From Eledone cirrhosa (taxonomy: Eukaryota), in the NCBI GenBank assembly GCA_964016885.1, contig CAXHJY010001609.1:388478-452477 (forward strand): a stretch of 64,000 bases of DNA, given 5' to 3'. Shown here piece by piece: positions 40,513 through 54,742 of this stretch. The position numbers and the translations under genes are program-made. The notes beneath the pieces are model-generated. The model saw only the letters and a list, made by a program, of their open reading frames with translations. It made no database searches and had not been told where the DNA came from. The first letter of the stretch is position 1; every line of letters begins with the position of its first letter.

Positions 40513-41392
40513 CAGGTGTGGACGATATTTGGTCGCAATTTTCAACTGCTAATTTTATGCAAATGCTTTTTACTTCCGTTGTCACTCTTGTCCTCATAAA
40601 ACAGTGACTATATTTCCATTATTTATTTTCAGAATAATTGATTATGAATAATTTTGAACCTCCAAATTTGTGGAAGAGACACGGAGTTCTTCTTGGAATC
40701 TGTGCCGGGAGCACAAATAAGACCAGAAGATCAACTCCCAGAACAACAGGTGGCTCGCTGTCTCATCCAAAGACGTGCCCAGAGTCATGCAGATAAGGTT
40801 TCCAGCGACAACATTAGTCTTAGGTGTCGTCAGCATTCAATGTGACGTAATGCCACCTGACTGCTTCCCTGAGGGTCTCAAGCTGAACACCGGTGGCTAC
40901 ATTCGCGTTCTGAGCGAGGTAGTAAAGCCCTGGATCAACCAGGTAGCTGCAGGTAGGCCGTACGTGTTGCAGCAAGACTCAGCGCCCTGCCATACCAGCT
41001 GGAAGATACAAGCCTAGCTGATAGAGAACTTCGTCGATCTCACCTCCCCTGACATCTGGCCTCCCAGCTAGCCTGACTGCAATCCTCTCGACTTCTTTGT
41101 GTGGGGCGCAGTGGAACGAGACACCAACAGATCCAGCTGCAATAGGAAAGACGATCTGAAGGCCAGGATCATAAGTGCCTTTAGGGGCCTAAGTCAGGGG
41201 ACAGTGACGAAGGCCTGTAGCCGGTTTCGAGGCCGTCATCAAAGACAATGGCAGGTTTATCGAGTGAGATTGAAAGAACAAGTCATGAAGACAAACTGAC
41301 CAAAGTTTGATAAACAAATCTTAAAAAACAAAACTACTGTGTTATTTTTCCCCGAGACAGTAATCTTGCGAATAATTATCGTCCGCACCCTG
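40513..41392 (+). mobile_element. DD37D maT remnant (duplicate of 28060-28939)
   Basis: Same TIRs; QQDSAPCH; shares the WPPS* stop. Confidence 0.82.
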
Positions 41393-41432
41393 TATATATA
41401 CATATATAATATATATATACATATATATATAT

Positions 41433-42840
41433 AAAGGGGATGCTCTGGAGAGGAGCAATTATAGGGGTATAAAACTGATGGATCAGGTTATGAAAGTGGC
41501 AGAAAGGATATTAGCACAACTAATTAGAGAAAGGGTCAAACTAGATGAGATGCAGTTTGGTTTTGTGCCTGGGAAGAGTACAACAGATGCCCTCTTCTTG
41601 GTGAGACAATTGCAAGAGAGGTTCTTAGAGAAGAATAAGTCACTATACTTAACCTTTGTCGACCTAGAGAAAGCGTTTGATAGGGTACCCCGATCTGTCA
41701 TCTGGTGGTCCCTAAGGAAACTAGGTGTTGAGGAATGGCTTGTGAGGACAGTGCAAAGTATGTACAGAGGTGCTGTCAGTAAAGTCAGGGTAGGAATGGA
41801 GTTTAGTGAGGAATTCGAGATACAAGTAGGAGTACATGAAGGTTCAGTCCTCAGCCTGCTCTTGTTCATTATAGTCCTCCAAGCCATAACAGAGGAGTTT
41901 AAGACTGGCTGTCCATGGGAACTTCTCTATGCTGACGATCTGGTTCTTATAGCAGAATCAGTAGAGGAGATAGAGAATAAATTCTGGCTATGGAAACAGC
42001 AGTTGGAAGCAAGAGGACTGAGAGGGAACCTAGCTAAGAGAAAAGTGTTAATGAGTAGAAAAGAGGACAAAACTCTGATTCCGTCAGGGAAATGGCCATG
42101 TTCGATATGCAGAAAAGGAACTGGGATAAATTCTATAACATGCACACAATGCAGGTCCTGGGTACACAAGAGATGTAGCGGGATAGCAGGCAAACTAACA
42201 GTTAGGGAGAAATATACCTGCAGTAGATGTACAGGGAAATTAGACAGAAGTCGCATTGATAGACACATTTTTCAAATGCAAGAGGGCGCTATAGAAGTGG
42301 TGGATAGCTTCCGGTACCTCAGAGATCAGATTAGCATGGGAGGAGGGTGTTCCGAGGCCATAGTATCTAGAATAAGGATGGGTTGGAAGAAGTTTAGGGA
42401 GCTGCTTCCTCTGCTGACGAAGAAGGGTTTCTTCCTGCGTATGAAAGGCCGGTTGTATGATGCCTGTGTGAAGAGTGCGATGCTGCATGCAGTGTAACTG
42501 TGCATGAACGACCCGGCATAGATGTGTTGAGAGAAAAACTGTGTCTGAGAGGGATAGAATGTAGTGTACGGGAGAGGAGACTGAGGTGGTATGGACATGT
42601 GATGCACATGGAGGATGACCGATGGGTGAAGAAGTGCCAGGAAATGCGAGTTGAAGACGTGGTAGAGGTAGACCACGAAAAACATGGGCGGAGGTGGTGA
42701 GAACAGACCTCAGATCATTGAAGCTCACGGTTGTCATGACGAAGGTCCGTGACGAGTGGAGAGATGCTGTGCTGAATAAGAACCGTCCCACCCTTGCAAG
42801 CAGGGAAAAGCGGACGTAAAATGATGATGATGATGATGAT
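41433..42840 (+). mobile_element. 5'-truncated RTE LINE (duplicate of 28991-30475)
   Basis: 339-aa ORF 41478-42497 with RT and PHD; same 5' truncation point. Confidence 0.9.
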
Positions 42841-45681
42841 ATATATATATATATATATCATCATCAACACTGTTTTACGTCCGTTCTTCTATGCTAGCAT
42901 GGGTTAGACGGGTTGTCCTGTTGTGGGCAATGTCCAGTTGGCTGACCTTGTCATGCTCATACGGGAACTGATTTTGACTTGATTTCTACAGCTGGATGCC
43001 CTTCCTAACACCAACCTTATTTACAGAGAGTGCTGGGTACTTTTCTTCCGTGGTTTGATATATATATAATATCTTAAATATATATATATAACATATATAT
43101 ATATATATAATATAATATATATAACATATATATATCTATAATATAATATATATATCTATATATCTAAAATAGAGAATGCCTAAAACTCAAGAACCACCCA
43201 ACCGATTGTTTTCAAACTTTACACATGTAATATTTATAGTCCTGTGAGTGTTTTGAGGAGAAAAATTTCAAATTTTCAATGCCCTAGGGACCGCATTAGG
43301 CGATTTAGCGATCTCTGGGCCATTCTGCTAGTAATATATATAATATATATGGCTTAGTGGTTAGAGCATTGGGCTTGTAATTGAAAGGTTGTGAGTTCAA
43401 TTCTCGGACCGGGTGATGTTTTACGTCCTTGAGCAAGACACTTTATTTCACGTTGCTCCTTCTACCTTGAGTTGTGACCAATAGATAGTATTAGCAATTG
43501 GAAAGACCAATGGAAACATTGTTTCTTCAGTCCAATTTGACGAAAAACGATCGACTGACGATATATGTATATATATATATATTATACATATATATATATG
43601 TGTCACTTGCTGGATCTGCTAGAAGGACCCAGATAATATGAGATGTTCTCCCGGCTGTATCATATACTGCAAATCTATGCAGATGTATACACATATATAC
43701 GCAAACACATAAAGATACACATGTAATTATACACACATAGAAGTGGTTGATTGCTTCTGTGATTTAATTAGCAGTGGAGGATGACTGTATAACACCTGCC
43801 AATAAAATATGATGCTGCATGGTAGTGAAACAATGGCTGTGACAGCAGAAAAAAAGTGTAGATTGGAGAGAAATGAAGCAACCATGCTTCATTGGATGTG
43901 CCATTTAAGTGTGAGAGAAAGGCAGAGCTTGGACAAGTTGAGGGAGAAGCTGGGTTTAAGTGGGATCTTAAGAGATGTGTAAGAGAGAAGACTGCATTGG
44001 TACGGACATGTAATACACATGGATAATGTCAGCTGGGTGAAGAAGTGCCAGGACATCCCAGTAGAAGGAAGCCATAGTAGAGGTAGACCAAGAGAGACCT
44101 GGACAGAGGCTGTGTGAACTGACTTCAAATGACTGACTCTCACAGAGGAGATGACAAAAGGACACGACAAGTTGAAAGATGCCATGTTGAGAAGGACATG
44201 TCCAACCCAAGGAAGCATAGAAAGACAGACATAAAAACAGTGATGATGTTGATGAAGATGACGTACATATACACACATACATAATAAATAAATCAAATAC
44301 AGATATGCACAGTGGAGGCACATGGCTTAGTGGTTAGAGCATTGGCCTTGCAATCGAAAGGTTGTGAGTTCAATTCTCAGACCGTGTGATGTGTTGTTTC
44401 CTTGAGCAAGACACTTTATTTCACATTGTTCCAGTTTACTCAGCTGTAGAAATGAGATGATAGGGACTGGGGTTCATATCATTCCACTGCAAAGTGGTCA
44501 TGGAGGTGCCACGGTAAAAAAAGCACCCAGCACTCTCTGTAAATGAGGCTGGTGTTAGGAAGGGCATCCAGCTGTAGAAATCAAGCCAGAATCAGTTCAG
44601 TCCCACCTTTGCAAGCAGGGAAAAGCGGACGTAAAATGATGATGATGATATGCACATACTTATATACAAACATATACATGGACACAAATTTCTACACACA
44701 TACATTCACATATATATAGCATATGTCAATTCTGAACAATACAGTTTAGTCAGCACAAGTCTTGGTTACAACTTCTACAAATGAAATGAAAGGAGAATAA
44801 TTTCTTAGTGAAACAGTTTTATTCAAAATATTAACAACATTGGTGGCACTATTTTAGGTGAGTGACATGGTTTTATCTTGTCTGATTGTGTTTGTGTTGC
44901 ATCAAGTAACCTTTACAAGAGAATTATTTACCACAGACACCACAGTGATATGCTTCCTCTCTTGTATGTGTTAGTGTGTAGTGAAGCCACAACATTTAGA
45001 GAAGGATTTACCACAGTGATATAGTTCCTCTACTGTATATGTTAGTGTGTAGTGAAGCCACATCATTTAGAGAAGGATTTATCACAGACATCACAGTGAT
45101 ATGGTTCCTCTCCTGTATGTTAGTGTGTAGTGAAGCCACAACATTTAGAGAAGGATTTACAACAGACATCACAGTGATATGGTTCCTCTCCTGTAAGTTA
45201 GTGTGTAGTAAAGACACAAAATATAGAGAAGGATTTACCACAGACATCACAGTGATATGGTTCCTCTCCTCTATGTTAGTGTTTAGTGAAACCAAAATTA
45301 GAAAATGATTTACATGGGCTGAGGTGGTAAGGGCAGACCTTGGAAGCTCACGGTGTAAATGACAAAGGACCGTGACAAGTGAAGAGATGCTTTGCTGAAT
45401 AGGACTCATCCCACCCTTGCAAGCAGGGAAAAGCAGACGTAAAATGATGATGATGATGATGATATGTTTTCCCTCATCTATGCATATATTTAGTTAAATT
45501 GCTGCATTAAAAGATATATTTTCCAAACATATCAAAGTGATATGGCTTCCCACCTGTATATGTTTGTGTGAAGTTAATGTAGCATTGAAAGAGAATGATT
45601 TACCATAGATATTACACTGATATATATTTGTATTCTCATTAATTCACAATTTTGAGAGGATTTATCACTGATGTCAATGCA

Positions 45682-46971
45682 TTATGATTTCTCCTCTGCA
45701 TGTATGAGTTTGTGAGTAGTTAGGCTACTTTTCCAAGAGAGTGATATACCACAGATATCACAGTGATATGGCTTGTCTCCTGTATGGGTACGTTTGTGGC
45801 TAGTTAAGGTACTACTTTGAGAGAATGATTTACCACAGATATCACAGTGATATGGCTTATCTCCTGTATGTATATTTTTGTGTCTAGTTAAGGAACTACT
45901 ATCAGAGAATGATTTACCACAGATATCACAGCAATATGGCTTGTCTCCTGTATGGGTACGTTTGTGGCTAGTTAAGGTACTAATTAATGAGAATGATTTA
46001 CCACAGATATCACAGTCATATGGCTTGTCTCCTGTATGGGTACATTTGTGGCTAGTTAAGGTACTACTTCGAGAGAATAATTTACCACAGATATCACAGC
46101 GATATGGCTTGTCTCCTGTATGTATATGTTTGTGGGAAGCTAAGTGACTACTTCGAGAGAATGATTTACCACATTTATCACAGTGATATGGCTTGTCTCC
46201 TGTATGTATACGTTTGTGTCTAGTTAAGTTACTACTATCAGAGAATGATTTACCACAGATATCACAGTGGTATGACGTGTCTCCTGTATGTATACGTTTG
46301 TGTCTAGTTAAGGCATTACTTTCAGAGGATGATTTACCACAGATATCACAGTGGTATGGCTTGTCTCCTGTATGTATATGTTTGTGGCTAGTTAAGGAAC
46401 TACTATCAGAGAATGATTTGCCACAGATATCACAGTGATATGGCTTGTCTCCTGTATGTATACGTTTGTGTCTAGTTAAGCTACTACTATCAGAGAATGA
46501 TTTACCACAGATATCACAGTGATATGGCTTGTCTCCTGTATGTATACATTTGTGTCTAGTTAAGCTACTACTATCAGAGAATGATTTACCACAGATATCA
46601 CAGTGATATGGCATGTCTCCTGTATGTATACGTTTGTGTTTAGTTAAGTGACCACTTACAGAGAATGATTTACCACAGATATCACAGTGATATGGCTTAT
46701 CTCCTGTATGTATTCGTTTGTGTCTAGTTAAGCTACTACTATCAGAGAATGATTTACCACAGATATCACAGTGATATGGCTTGTCTCCTGTATGTATACG
46801 TTTGTGGCTAGTTAAGGTACTACTTTGAGAGAATGATTTACCACAGATATCACAGTGGTATGGCTTGTCTCCTGTATGTATACGTTTGTGTCTAGTTATG
46901 GCGATACTTTCAAAGAAAGATTTACCACAGATATCACAGTGATATGACATATCCCCTGTATGTATACGCAT
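45682..46971 (-). CDS. Candidate 15-finger C2H2 protein from the internal ATG of ZNF3
   Basis: MRIHTG... followed by 15 fingers with all Zn ligands intact, ending HAEEKS like ZNF1. Confidence 0.5.
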   Translation of the reverse strand: MRIHTGDMSYHCDICGKSFFESIAITRHKRIHTGDKPYHCDICGKSFSQSSTLTSHKRIHTGDKPYHCDICGKSFSDSSSLTRHKRIHTGDKPYHCDICGKSFSVSGHLTKHKRIHTGDMPYHCDICGKSFSDSSSLTRHKCIHTGDKPYHCDICGKSFSDSSSLTRHKRIHTGDKPYHCDICGKSFSDSSSLTSHKHIHTGDKPYHCDICGKSSSESNALTRHKRIHTGDTSYHCDICGKSFSDSSNLTRHKRIHTGDKPYHCDKCGKSFSRSSHLASHKHIHTGDKPYRCDICGKLFSRSSTLTSHKCTHTGDKPYDCDICGKSFSLISTLTSHKRTHTGDKPYCCDICGKSFSDSSSLTRHKNIHTGDKPYHCDICGKSFSQSSTLTSHKRTHTGDKPYHCDICGISLSWKSSLTTHKLIHAEEKS

Positions 46972-47781
46972 GTGTATAGTCAAGGTACTACTTTTATTGA
47001 ATGATTTACCACAGATATCACAGTAATATGCCCTCTGTCCTGTATGTATACGTTTTTGTCTAGTTAAGTGACTACTTTGAGAGAATGATTTACCACAGAT
47101 GTGACAGTGGTATGGCTTGTCTCCTGTATGGGTACGTAAGTGTTTAGCTAATGCATCACTCTGAGGGAAAGTTTCACCACAGATATCACAGTGATATGGC
47201 TTCTCACCTGTATGTAAATGGTTGTGAGAGGTTAAGGTACTATTTTTAGTGAATGATTTAGCACAAATATCACAGTGATATGGCTTCTCTCCAGTATCTA
47301 TACATTTGTGACTAGTTAAGGTACTATTTATAGAGAATGATTTGCCACAGATATCACCGTTATACGGCTTCTCTCTAGTATTTATACGTTTGTGGGTAGT
47401 TAAGTTACTACTTACAGAGAATGATCTACCACAGATCTCACAGTGATATGGCTTCTCTCCACTATGTATACGATTGTGGCTAGTTAAGACACTATACTGA
47501 GAGAATGATATCCCACAGAACTCACAATGATATGGCTTGTCTCATGTATGTATACGTTTGTGACTAGCTAAGGCAATACTGTGAGAGAATGATTTACTAC
47601 AGATATCTGTGATATGGCTTGTCTCCTGTATGTATAACTTTGTGAGTAGTTAAGGTACTATGATTTACCAGATATTGCAGTGATATGGTTTCTCTTCTCC
47701 AACCTTTGTCATCTCACCAGGAATACTAAACATTTTCGATTGTGTTTCGCATTTAACCTTTTCACTCAATTTATTTTCCAT
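45682..47781 (-). pseudogene. C2H2 zinc-finger paralog ZNF3: canonical start disrupted, 3' array open (possibly functional from an internal ATG)
   Basis: ATG at 47781 (MENKLSEKVKCETQ...) hits TAA at ~47665 after a 2-bp deletion; TGA at 47543-47545; frame then open 47542-45682 (~22 finger units). Confidence 0.75.
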
Positions 47782-48760
47782 AATAATTTCATCTCCAACA
47801 GTTTCACCACATTACTTGTAATATTTTTTACATTATATTCCTAAAAAATATATCTTCTATATTTCCCTCAACTGTGATTTCAGTTAATAGTCTTCAAATG
47901 ATGATAAAGAGAGGGGATGTATCCGAGATTGAAAATAATAATTTATCCCAATGTCATCTGGTATTCTGAAATAAGAAAGAAATAGTATGAGATAATACAG
48001 AATACTTAAGAAGCAGAGATAGATTTAACAGTGGAAATTTTATATTTCTATATTGGTAAACTGTAGATATCAACTTTCCTGTCCAGAGTAATTCTCTCCA
48101 ATTCAAACAGTAGTATTCCAGCATGCTCTATAAATGTTATCCTTCTATATCTAGAGAGGTCTGCTCTATGGCAGTTTAGTGAACAATTCATTCTGATAGG
48201 ACTCTCTAACATAGCTATTATCTCCTCTCCTGGTGACATGTCAACAACAGTTTAACTTCCATCTTTTTATTAGTAAGAGTCAATTGTTCCTCTATATCTT
48301 TTTCTTACTTCTTTTCTATCTTTCTCTGGGAGAAATCGGCTGTTACGAGTCTATATGAATCCATACAATATCAGATTTCACTTGAAGTTTTATTCAGATC
48401 TCAATTGTGTTCAAACGAGAGAGGTGATGGGCTCCATCAGGTTTAAAATATGTCCGAGAAATACTGTATGTCACTTAGTGTACCACTACGACTCCACCAG
48501 TGTTGCATTTGTTTAGAACTATGTCTGGGTTAGCCAGCCAATTATCAGTAGAAGGGAAAACAGGGCCCTGGTCCCCTCAGAAAAATGGCCTTGCTCTGTG
48601 TGCTAGAAAGGTGTAGGTAGAAATTCCATTCTCTGTCCAAAATACAAACAATGGGTACACAAGAGAAGTAGTGGGATCTCAGGTAGGTTAGCTAAGAATA
48701 TAGGTTTTACATGTGGCCATTGCACAGGAGCAGTAAGCAGCAAACATTCACAGGAAGCAA

Positions 48761-48970
48761 CGATTGACTTTCATCAAATTGGACCGGGAAACAATGTTTC
48801 CATTGGTCTTTCCAATTGCTAATACTATCTATCAGTCACAACTCCAGGTAGAAGGAGTAATGTGAAATAAAATGTCTTGCTCAAGGACATAACACATCAC
48901 CCGGTCAGTGAATCGAACTCACAACCTTAACGATTGCAAATCCAATTCTCTAACCACTCAGCCACACGCC
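48761..48970 (-). mobile_element. Complete ~210-bp tRNA-SINE with 14-bp TSD, inserted in an RTE remnant
   Basis: TSD ttcacaggaa(g/a)caa at 48747-48760 and 48971-48984; A/B boxes on the minus strand. Confidence 0.8.
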
Positions 48971-49759
48971 TTCACAGGAAACAAGCTCTAACAAACTGTT
49001 GGAGGGTCACATAGAAGAGGTAGACAGCTTCTGTTACCTGGGTGATGATATCATCAGTGGAAGTGGGTGTTCTGAAAGTAGAGCAGCCTGAGTGAACATG
49101 GAATGGAAAAGGTTCAGGATGCTACTACCATGGCAACTTACTAAAGGCTTTTTCTTCAACACAAAGGGCAGGTTGAATAATGCGTGTATACGAACAGTTT
49201 AACACACACACACACATATATATATATATAATTGTGTGTATATGTATATATATATACATTAAGACAATGTCACTGGACTGAGATCTTTGGCGCTTCTCAG
49301 TAATACAGAAGATCCGCCTTCCCTATGTACAAAGCGAAACCTACAGTCAGTAGGCACTTCTTAACTAAATATACACCCCCGTCCCCCTACCCCCACCCCA
49401 TCAACACCAACCTTTCTCTGTAAAGTTATGTTGGTACCACAACATCCAGTCCTAAATAAATGAGATCGTGTAGGTGTTATGACAAAAAAACACACAGTCC
49501 ACGCAGTAATGTGGCCGTGTAGGTAACACGGTAAAAACCTCCCAGTCCACACTGTAAACGTGGTTGGTGTTAGGAAGGATATCCAGCCATAGAAAACCTG
49601 CCATCTAGTCCTTTACAAGTGAGACACGGTCACCCGACCAATCTTGCATCAACTAAACCCCGGCTAGCATGGAAGGTAGACATTAAACGATGATGATGAT
49701 GATGACAAGCAATATATATAATCTAAATAGAATGGTATAATGAAAGCATATAATGTAGG

Positions 49760-51225
49760 TACAGCAGTATTCTCATAAATTGCTACAAAGGTAAAGGGGA
49801 TGCTCTAGAGAGGAGCAATTATAGGGGCATAAAGCTGATGGATCAGGTTATGAAAGTGGCAGAGAGAATATTAGCGCAGCTGATTAGAGAAAGGGTCAAT
49901 TTAGATGAGATGCAGTTTGGTTTTGTGCCTCGGAAAAGTACAACAGAAGCCCTCTTCTTAGTGAGGCAACTACAAGGAGGTTCTTAGAGAAGAATAAGTC
50001 TCTATACTTAGCTTTTGTTAGGGTAACCCGATCTGTCATCTGGTGGTCCCTAAGGAAACTAGGTGTAGAGGAATGGCTTGCAAGGACAGTGCTAGCTATG
50101 TACAGGGGTGCTGTCAGTAAAGTGAGGGTAGGAATGGAGTTTAGTGAGGAATTCCAGATACAAGTAGGTATACATCAAGGTTCGGTCCTCAGCCCACTCT
50201 TGTTCGTTATAAGCCTCCAAGCCATAACAGAGGAGTTTAAGACTGGATGCCCATGGGAACTTCTCTATGCTGATGATCTGGTTCTTATAGCAGAATCAGT
50301 GAATCAGTAGAGGAGCTAGAGAATAAATTCTGGCTATGGAAACAGCAGTTGGAATCAAGAGGCCTGAGAGTGAACATAGCTTAAACAAAAGTGTTGATGA
50401 GTAGAAAAGAGGACAAAACTCTGATTCCATCAGGGAAATGGCCATGTTCGATATATAGGAAAGGAACTGGCATAAATTCCATAAAATGTATGCAATGCAG
50501 ATGTTGGGTACACAAGAAATGTAGTGGGATAGCAGGCAAACCAACAGGTAGGGATAACTATGTATGCAGTAGATGTATAGGGAAAGTAGGCAGTAGTAAT
50601 CGCAGTGATAAACACATTTTTCAAATACAGGTGGGTTCTATAGATGTAGTTGATAGCTTCCGGTATCTAGCTGATCAGATTAGCATGGGAGGGGGTTGTT
50701 CCGAGGCCATAGTATCTAGAAAAAGGACAGGTTGGAAGAAGTTGAGGGAGCTGCTTTCTCTGTTGACAAAGAAGGGTTTCTCCCAGCATACGAAAGGACG
50801 GTTATATGATGCCTGTGTGAAATGTGTGATGCTACATGGTAGTAAGACATGGGCAACAACTGCAAAAGATATGACGGCTGGAGAGAAGCAAGCATGCTCC
50901 GTTGGATGTGCAATGTCAATGTGTGTGAACGACCAAGCATAGATGAGTTGATGAAGAAACTGGGTATAAGAGGGATAGGTTGTGGTGTGCAAGAGAGAAG
51001 ACTGAGATGGTATGGACATGTGACCACTGGGTAAAGAAGTGCCAAATAATCCCAGTAGTAGAAAGATGCAGAAGAGGTAGACCACATAAAACATGGGCGG
51101 AGGTGGTGAGAGAAGACCTCAGATCGCTGAAACTCACCAAGGAGATGACAAGTGGAGAGATGCTGTGCTGAATAAGACCGTCCCACCCTTGCAAGCAGGG
51201 AAAAACAAACGTAAAATGATGATGA
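49760..51225 (+). mobile_element. 5'-truncated RTE LINE (duplicate of 36800-38226)
   Basis: Same truncation point and shared lesions; ORFs 50089-50942. Confidence 0.88.
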
Positions 51226-51411
51226 TATATATATATATATATATACTAGTATTCAAGATAACATTGTTAGAACTCATTGCAGCCTTGAAGAGATGGTTTC
51301 AACAAGATTGGGTGATGAAAGTTATAGTTTTTGTAGTAGGATCTCATCACATAAGGATCCTTCAAAGATTCTTCTAGAGTTACAGAGTTATTTATATATA
51401 TGTGTGTGTTT

Positions 51412-51675
51412 TGAACAATGAAAGTAAAACTAGAGACTAAGATATGTTCTTAATTAGTTCATTGTTTTACGATCATTTCAGAGGTTTGATTGATCATGGT
51501 AGATTTATATATTGACAAACAGGTAGTTGTTATGTCACTAACTATTTCTAGTCTCAAAATACATGATCAATCACACCGTATCAATATATTGATTTACCAT
51601 GATCAATCAACCCTCTGAAACGATCGTAAAACAATGAACCATATCTCAGACTTTTGTTTTATTTTCAATGTTCAA
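51412..51675. mobile_element. Foldback/MITE-like long imperfect inverted repeat (truncated paralog at 38408-38625)
   Basis: gttcattgttttacgatcatttcagagg...gatcatggta vs taccatgatc...cctctgaaacgatcgtaaaacaatgaac. Confidence 0.65.
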
Positions 51676-51719
51676 TATTGAATCCGCCGGGGCTGTGGGT
51701 GGGGCCCACAGCATACCAA

Positions 51720-51938
51720 TACATTAGTTAAATACCATTCTTTCATCTGATACAACACAATAAAGACTAAAGTGTTTATATATATGAAAGAAGATATTGA
51801 ATCTATGAGACTTTGATATTACTTATTTTGAGGACAATACATTAACATCAATATGAGCAGCGAGTTACAGCCGGTTTGAACAGAAAGAAGTGAGAGAATT
51901 CTGGCTGGATATTGCCTGTTTATATGCTAAAGGGTTAA
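51720..51938. mobile_element. piggyBac-like MITE fragment (related fragment at ~9277-9450)
   Basis: Ends gctaaagggTTAA; 9277 starts TTAAccctttaacattt; the two share gaatctatgaga.tttgatatta internally. Confidence 0.5.
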
Positions 51939-51939
51939 A

Positions 51940-53258
51940 GACATGTGACAGGCATGGAAAGACTGGAAAAATAGGGGCGTGAGACCAGGACCAGGTAGCT
52001 AAGAGAGAAGCTAGAAGACAGGTATACATAACACAGAGAGAGGCTGAAAAGAGAAAGTTTGCCAACGTATTGAGACATGAGAATGAGAGGTGTGAAGTGT
52101 TCCACATTGCAAGACAGGGAAAGGTGCGTTAGAAATGACATTGGTACACTTAGCACCACTAATGCTCAAAAGAAAGAGGCCTGGAAATGTTACTATGAGA
52201 GATTGATGAATGTAGAGAATAAATTAAGAAGCAATCTTAGACTTTTGTTTTATGTTCATTGTTCAACACACATACACATATAATTGACATTCTCTTTGGA
52301 ATTACTGATGAAACTTGTTAGTGACACAACTACAAGAGCGGTTCCTAGCCAAGATTAAGCTGCAATATTTAGCTTTTATAGATCTAGAAAAGGCCTTTGA
52401 CAGAGTACCTTACTTTATTATCTGGTGGTCCTTCAGAAAATTAGGTGGAGAATGGCTTGTGAGAGCAGTGCAAGCCATGTACAGAGGAGCTGTCAGTAAA
52501 GCGAGAGTAGGAAGGGAGTTTAGTGAAGAATTCAATGTACAAGTAGGTGTTCATCATGGTTCAGTTCACAACCCACTGCTGTTCATCATAGTTCTCCAGG
52601 CCATAACCAATGGGTTTAAGACTGGCTGTTCATGGGAAACAGTCTAATGCAAATGATCTGGTCCTTATAGCTGAATCCATAAAAGAACTAGAGAATAAGT
52701 GACCCTACTGCGCATGTAGGAAAGAAGTAGGAATAAACTGTACACAATGATAGCTTCCGCTATCTAGGTAACCTAATTAGCAGCAGAGGAGGGTGCCTCG
52801 TAAGAGAGGATAGGATTGAAGTTTAGAGAGCTACTTACACTGTTGGCAAATAAAGTTTCTCGCTACGTACAAAGATGTTGGTTGTACAATGCTTGTGTGT
52901 AAAGTGCAATATTGCATGGAAGTGAAACATGGGCAGTAACTGCAGAAGACATGCATAAGCTGGAGAGAAATAGAGCAACCATGCTTCATTGGGTGTGCAA
53001 CGTAAATGTGAGAGGAAGGCAGAGGTTGGATAAAATGAAGAAGTAATTGGTAATCACTGGTTAAAGAAGTGCCACGGAAAACCAGAGGAGGGAAGCCATA
53101 CTAGAGGGAGCCGAGGGTAGATGTGGTGAGAGCTGATCTCAAATTGCTGAGACTCACAGATGACGAAGGAACAAGCGAGTGGGGAGATGTTGTGCTTAAA
53201 AGGACCCATCCAACCCATGCCAGGATTGAAAAACGGACGTAAAACTATGATGATGATG
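51940..53258 (+). mobile_element. Old fragmented RTE LINE
   Basis: ORF 52315-52647 FIDLEKAFDRVP; tail ggacgtaaaact(atg)n. Confidence 0.75.
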
Positions 53259-54742
53259 TAGATGAAGTAAATTATATCAAAATAGATTTAGACTAAAAGG
53301 AACAAAACTTCCCTGAAACAACAACAAGGTACAGCTAAATATAAACTATATTTTATAATGTAAGGTAGTGAACCACATAATTAAATAGACGGAGGTAATT
53401 TAGATAATAAAGATATCTTTAATTTACTTAAAGCAATAACAAGGTATAGCTAAGTATAAACTATATTTTATAATGCAAGGTAGTGAACAAGATAATTAAA
53501 TAGACGGAGGTAATTTAAATAATAAAGACAGTCATGATAACAATATATTTTCTATCACATGTAACAGTGGAATCTGGTTAATTACTGGATCGTTGTAGGG
53601 GTCACATAATTATATTATTTACACACATTAATATAGACATTAAGTAAATCTTTGTCAACTTACCTCCTTCACATATAATCAATGTGTTGTGTTGTGAGTT
53701 GTTACTAAATAACCAAAGAAATAATCTCTTTGTTATCAAATTAGAAGTTTCAATGTTATCAGCTTTATTTCACGACATTAACGTTGGTGTATCTTCTTCA
53801 TCTTTAGTCATACATTGATATCTTGTCAGAATGAAGTAGTGAGGCTGACTTTATGTCTTTAGCTACAGATTTGATAGGAAATATATATATATTAGGTTGA
53901 TATGTGGTCTAAAATATATATATTGTCTATAAATGACTGATAGCAGATGTTCTGGTGAAATAGTAGTTTTACTACTACAGATTGTAATGGAACTCTTAGT
54001 AGACACAATTGTAAAGTAAGAATAGATATGACAGTGTAAGACTGGTGTCGGGGAATTAATATATATATATATAATTGTTACACAAGATATAATTTGATTA
54101 ATTAAAGTTATAATGAAGACAGCAGGTACGCAGTGTCGTTGAGAATGTTTCAACTCTCTTAACGGTGTCATTATTTAAAAGTCTCTGATATAATTTAATA
54201 CCTTCAGACACAGTTCCAACCGTATTTAATTGATTGTAAATCAGAAAGTATCACTCAATAAAATATCAATTATATATCAATAAGAGAACCTCTACGTAGT
54301 CTGTCTAACTGCTAGAAATAGCAGTGATATTATCCATTACAACTGCTCTCTCTATATATATACGAGTATATATATACACACACACATATATGTATGTATG
54401 TATATGTGTATATATGGGTATGTATGAGTGTGTCTGTGTGTTTGCACGTATGTATGGTGTGTATATGTGTATTTACCTGTAGGTATGTGTGAGTGTGCGT
54501 TCTATACGCATTTATGCGTGTATATTTATATATGTGTATATAATTATATATATATACACACACACAAACAAACATATATTTATATATGTATTTGGTGTAT
54601 ACGTTCGTGTGCAGGTATATGTGTCGCCCCGGTTTATGTCCGTGTGCGCGTGATTATGTGTACGTGCATGTATATGCATGCATGGCGTGAGTTTTCGCAT
54701 ATGCTCGTGTATAAATGTGTGTATGCATATATTTAATTATTA

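Noticed and set aside
47581-47700. ZNF3 indels sum to -15, suggesting compensatory frame restoration
   Set aside because: The first 2-bp deletion immediately creates TAA, and another stop follows at 47543
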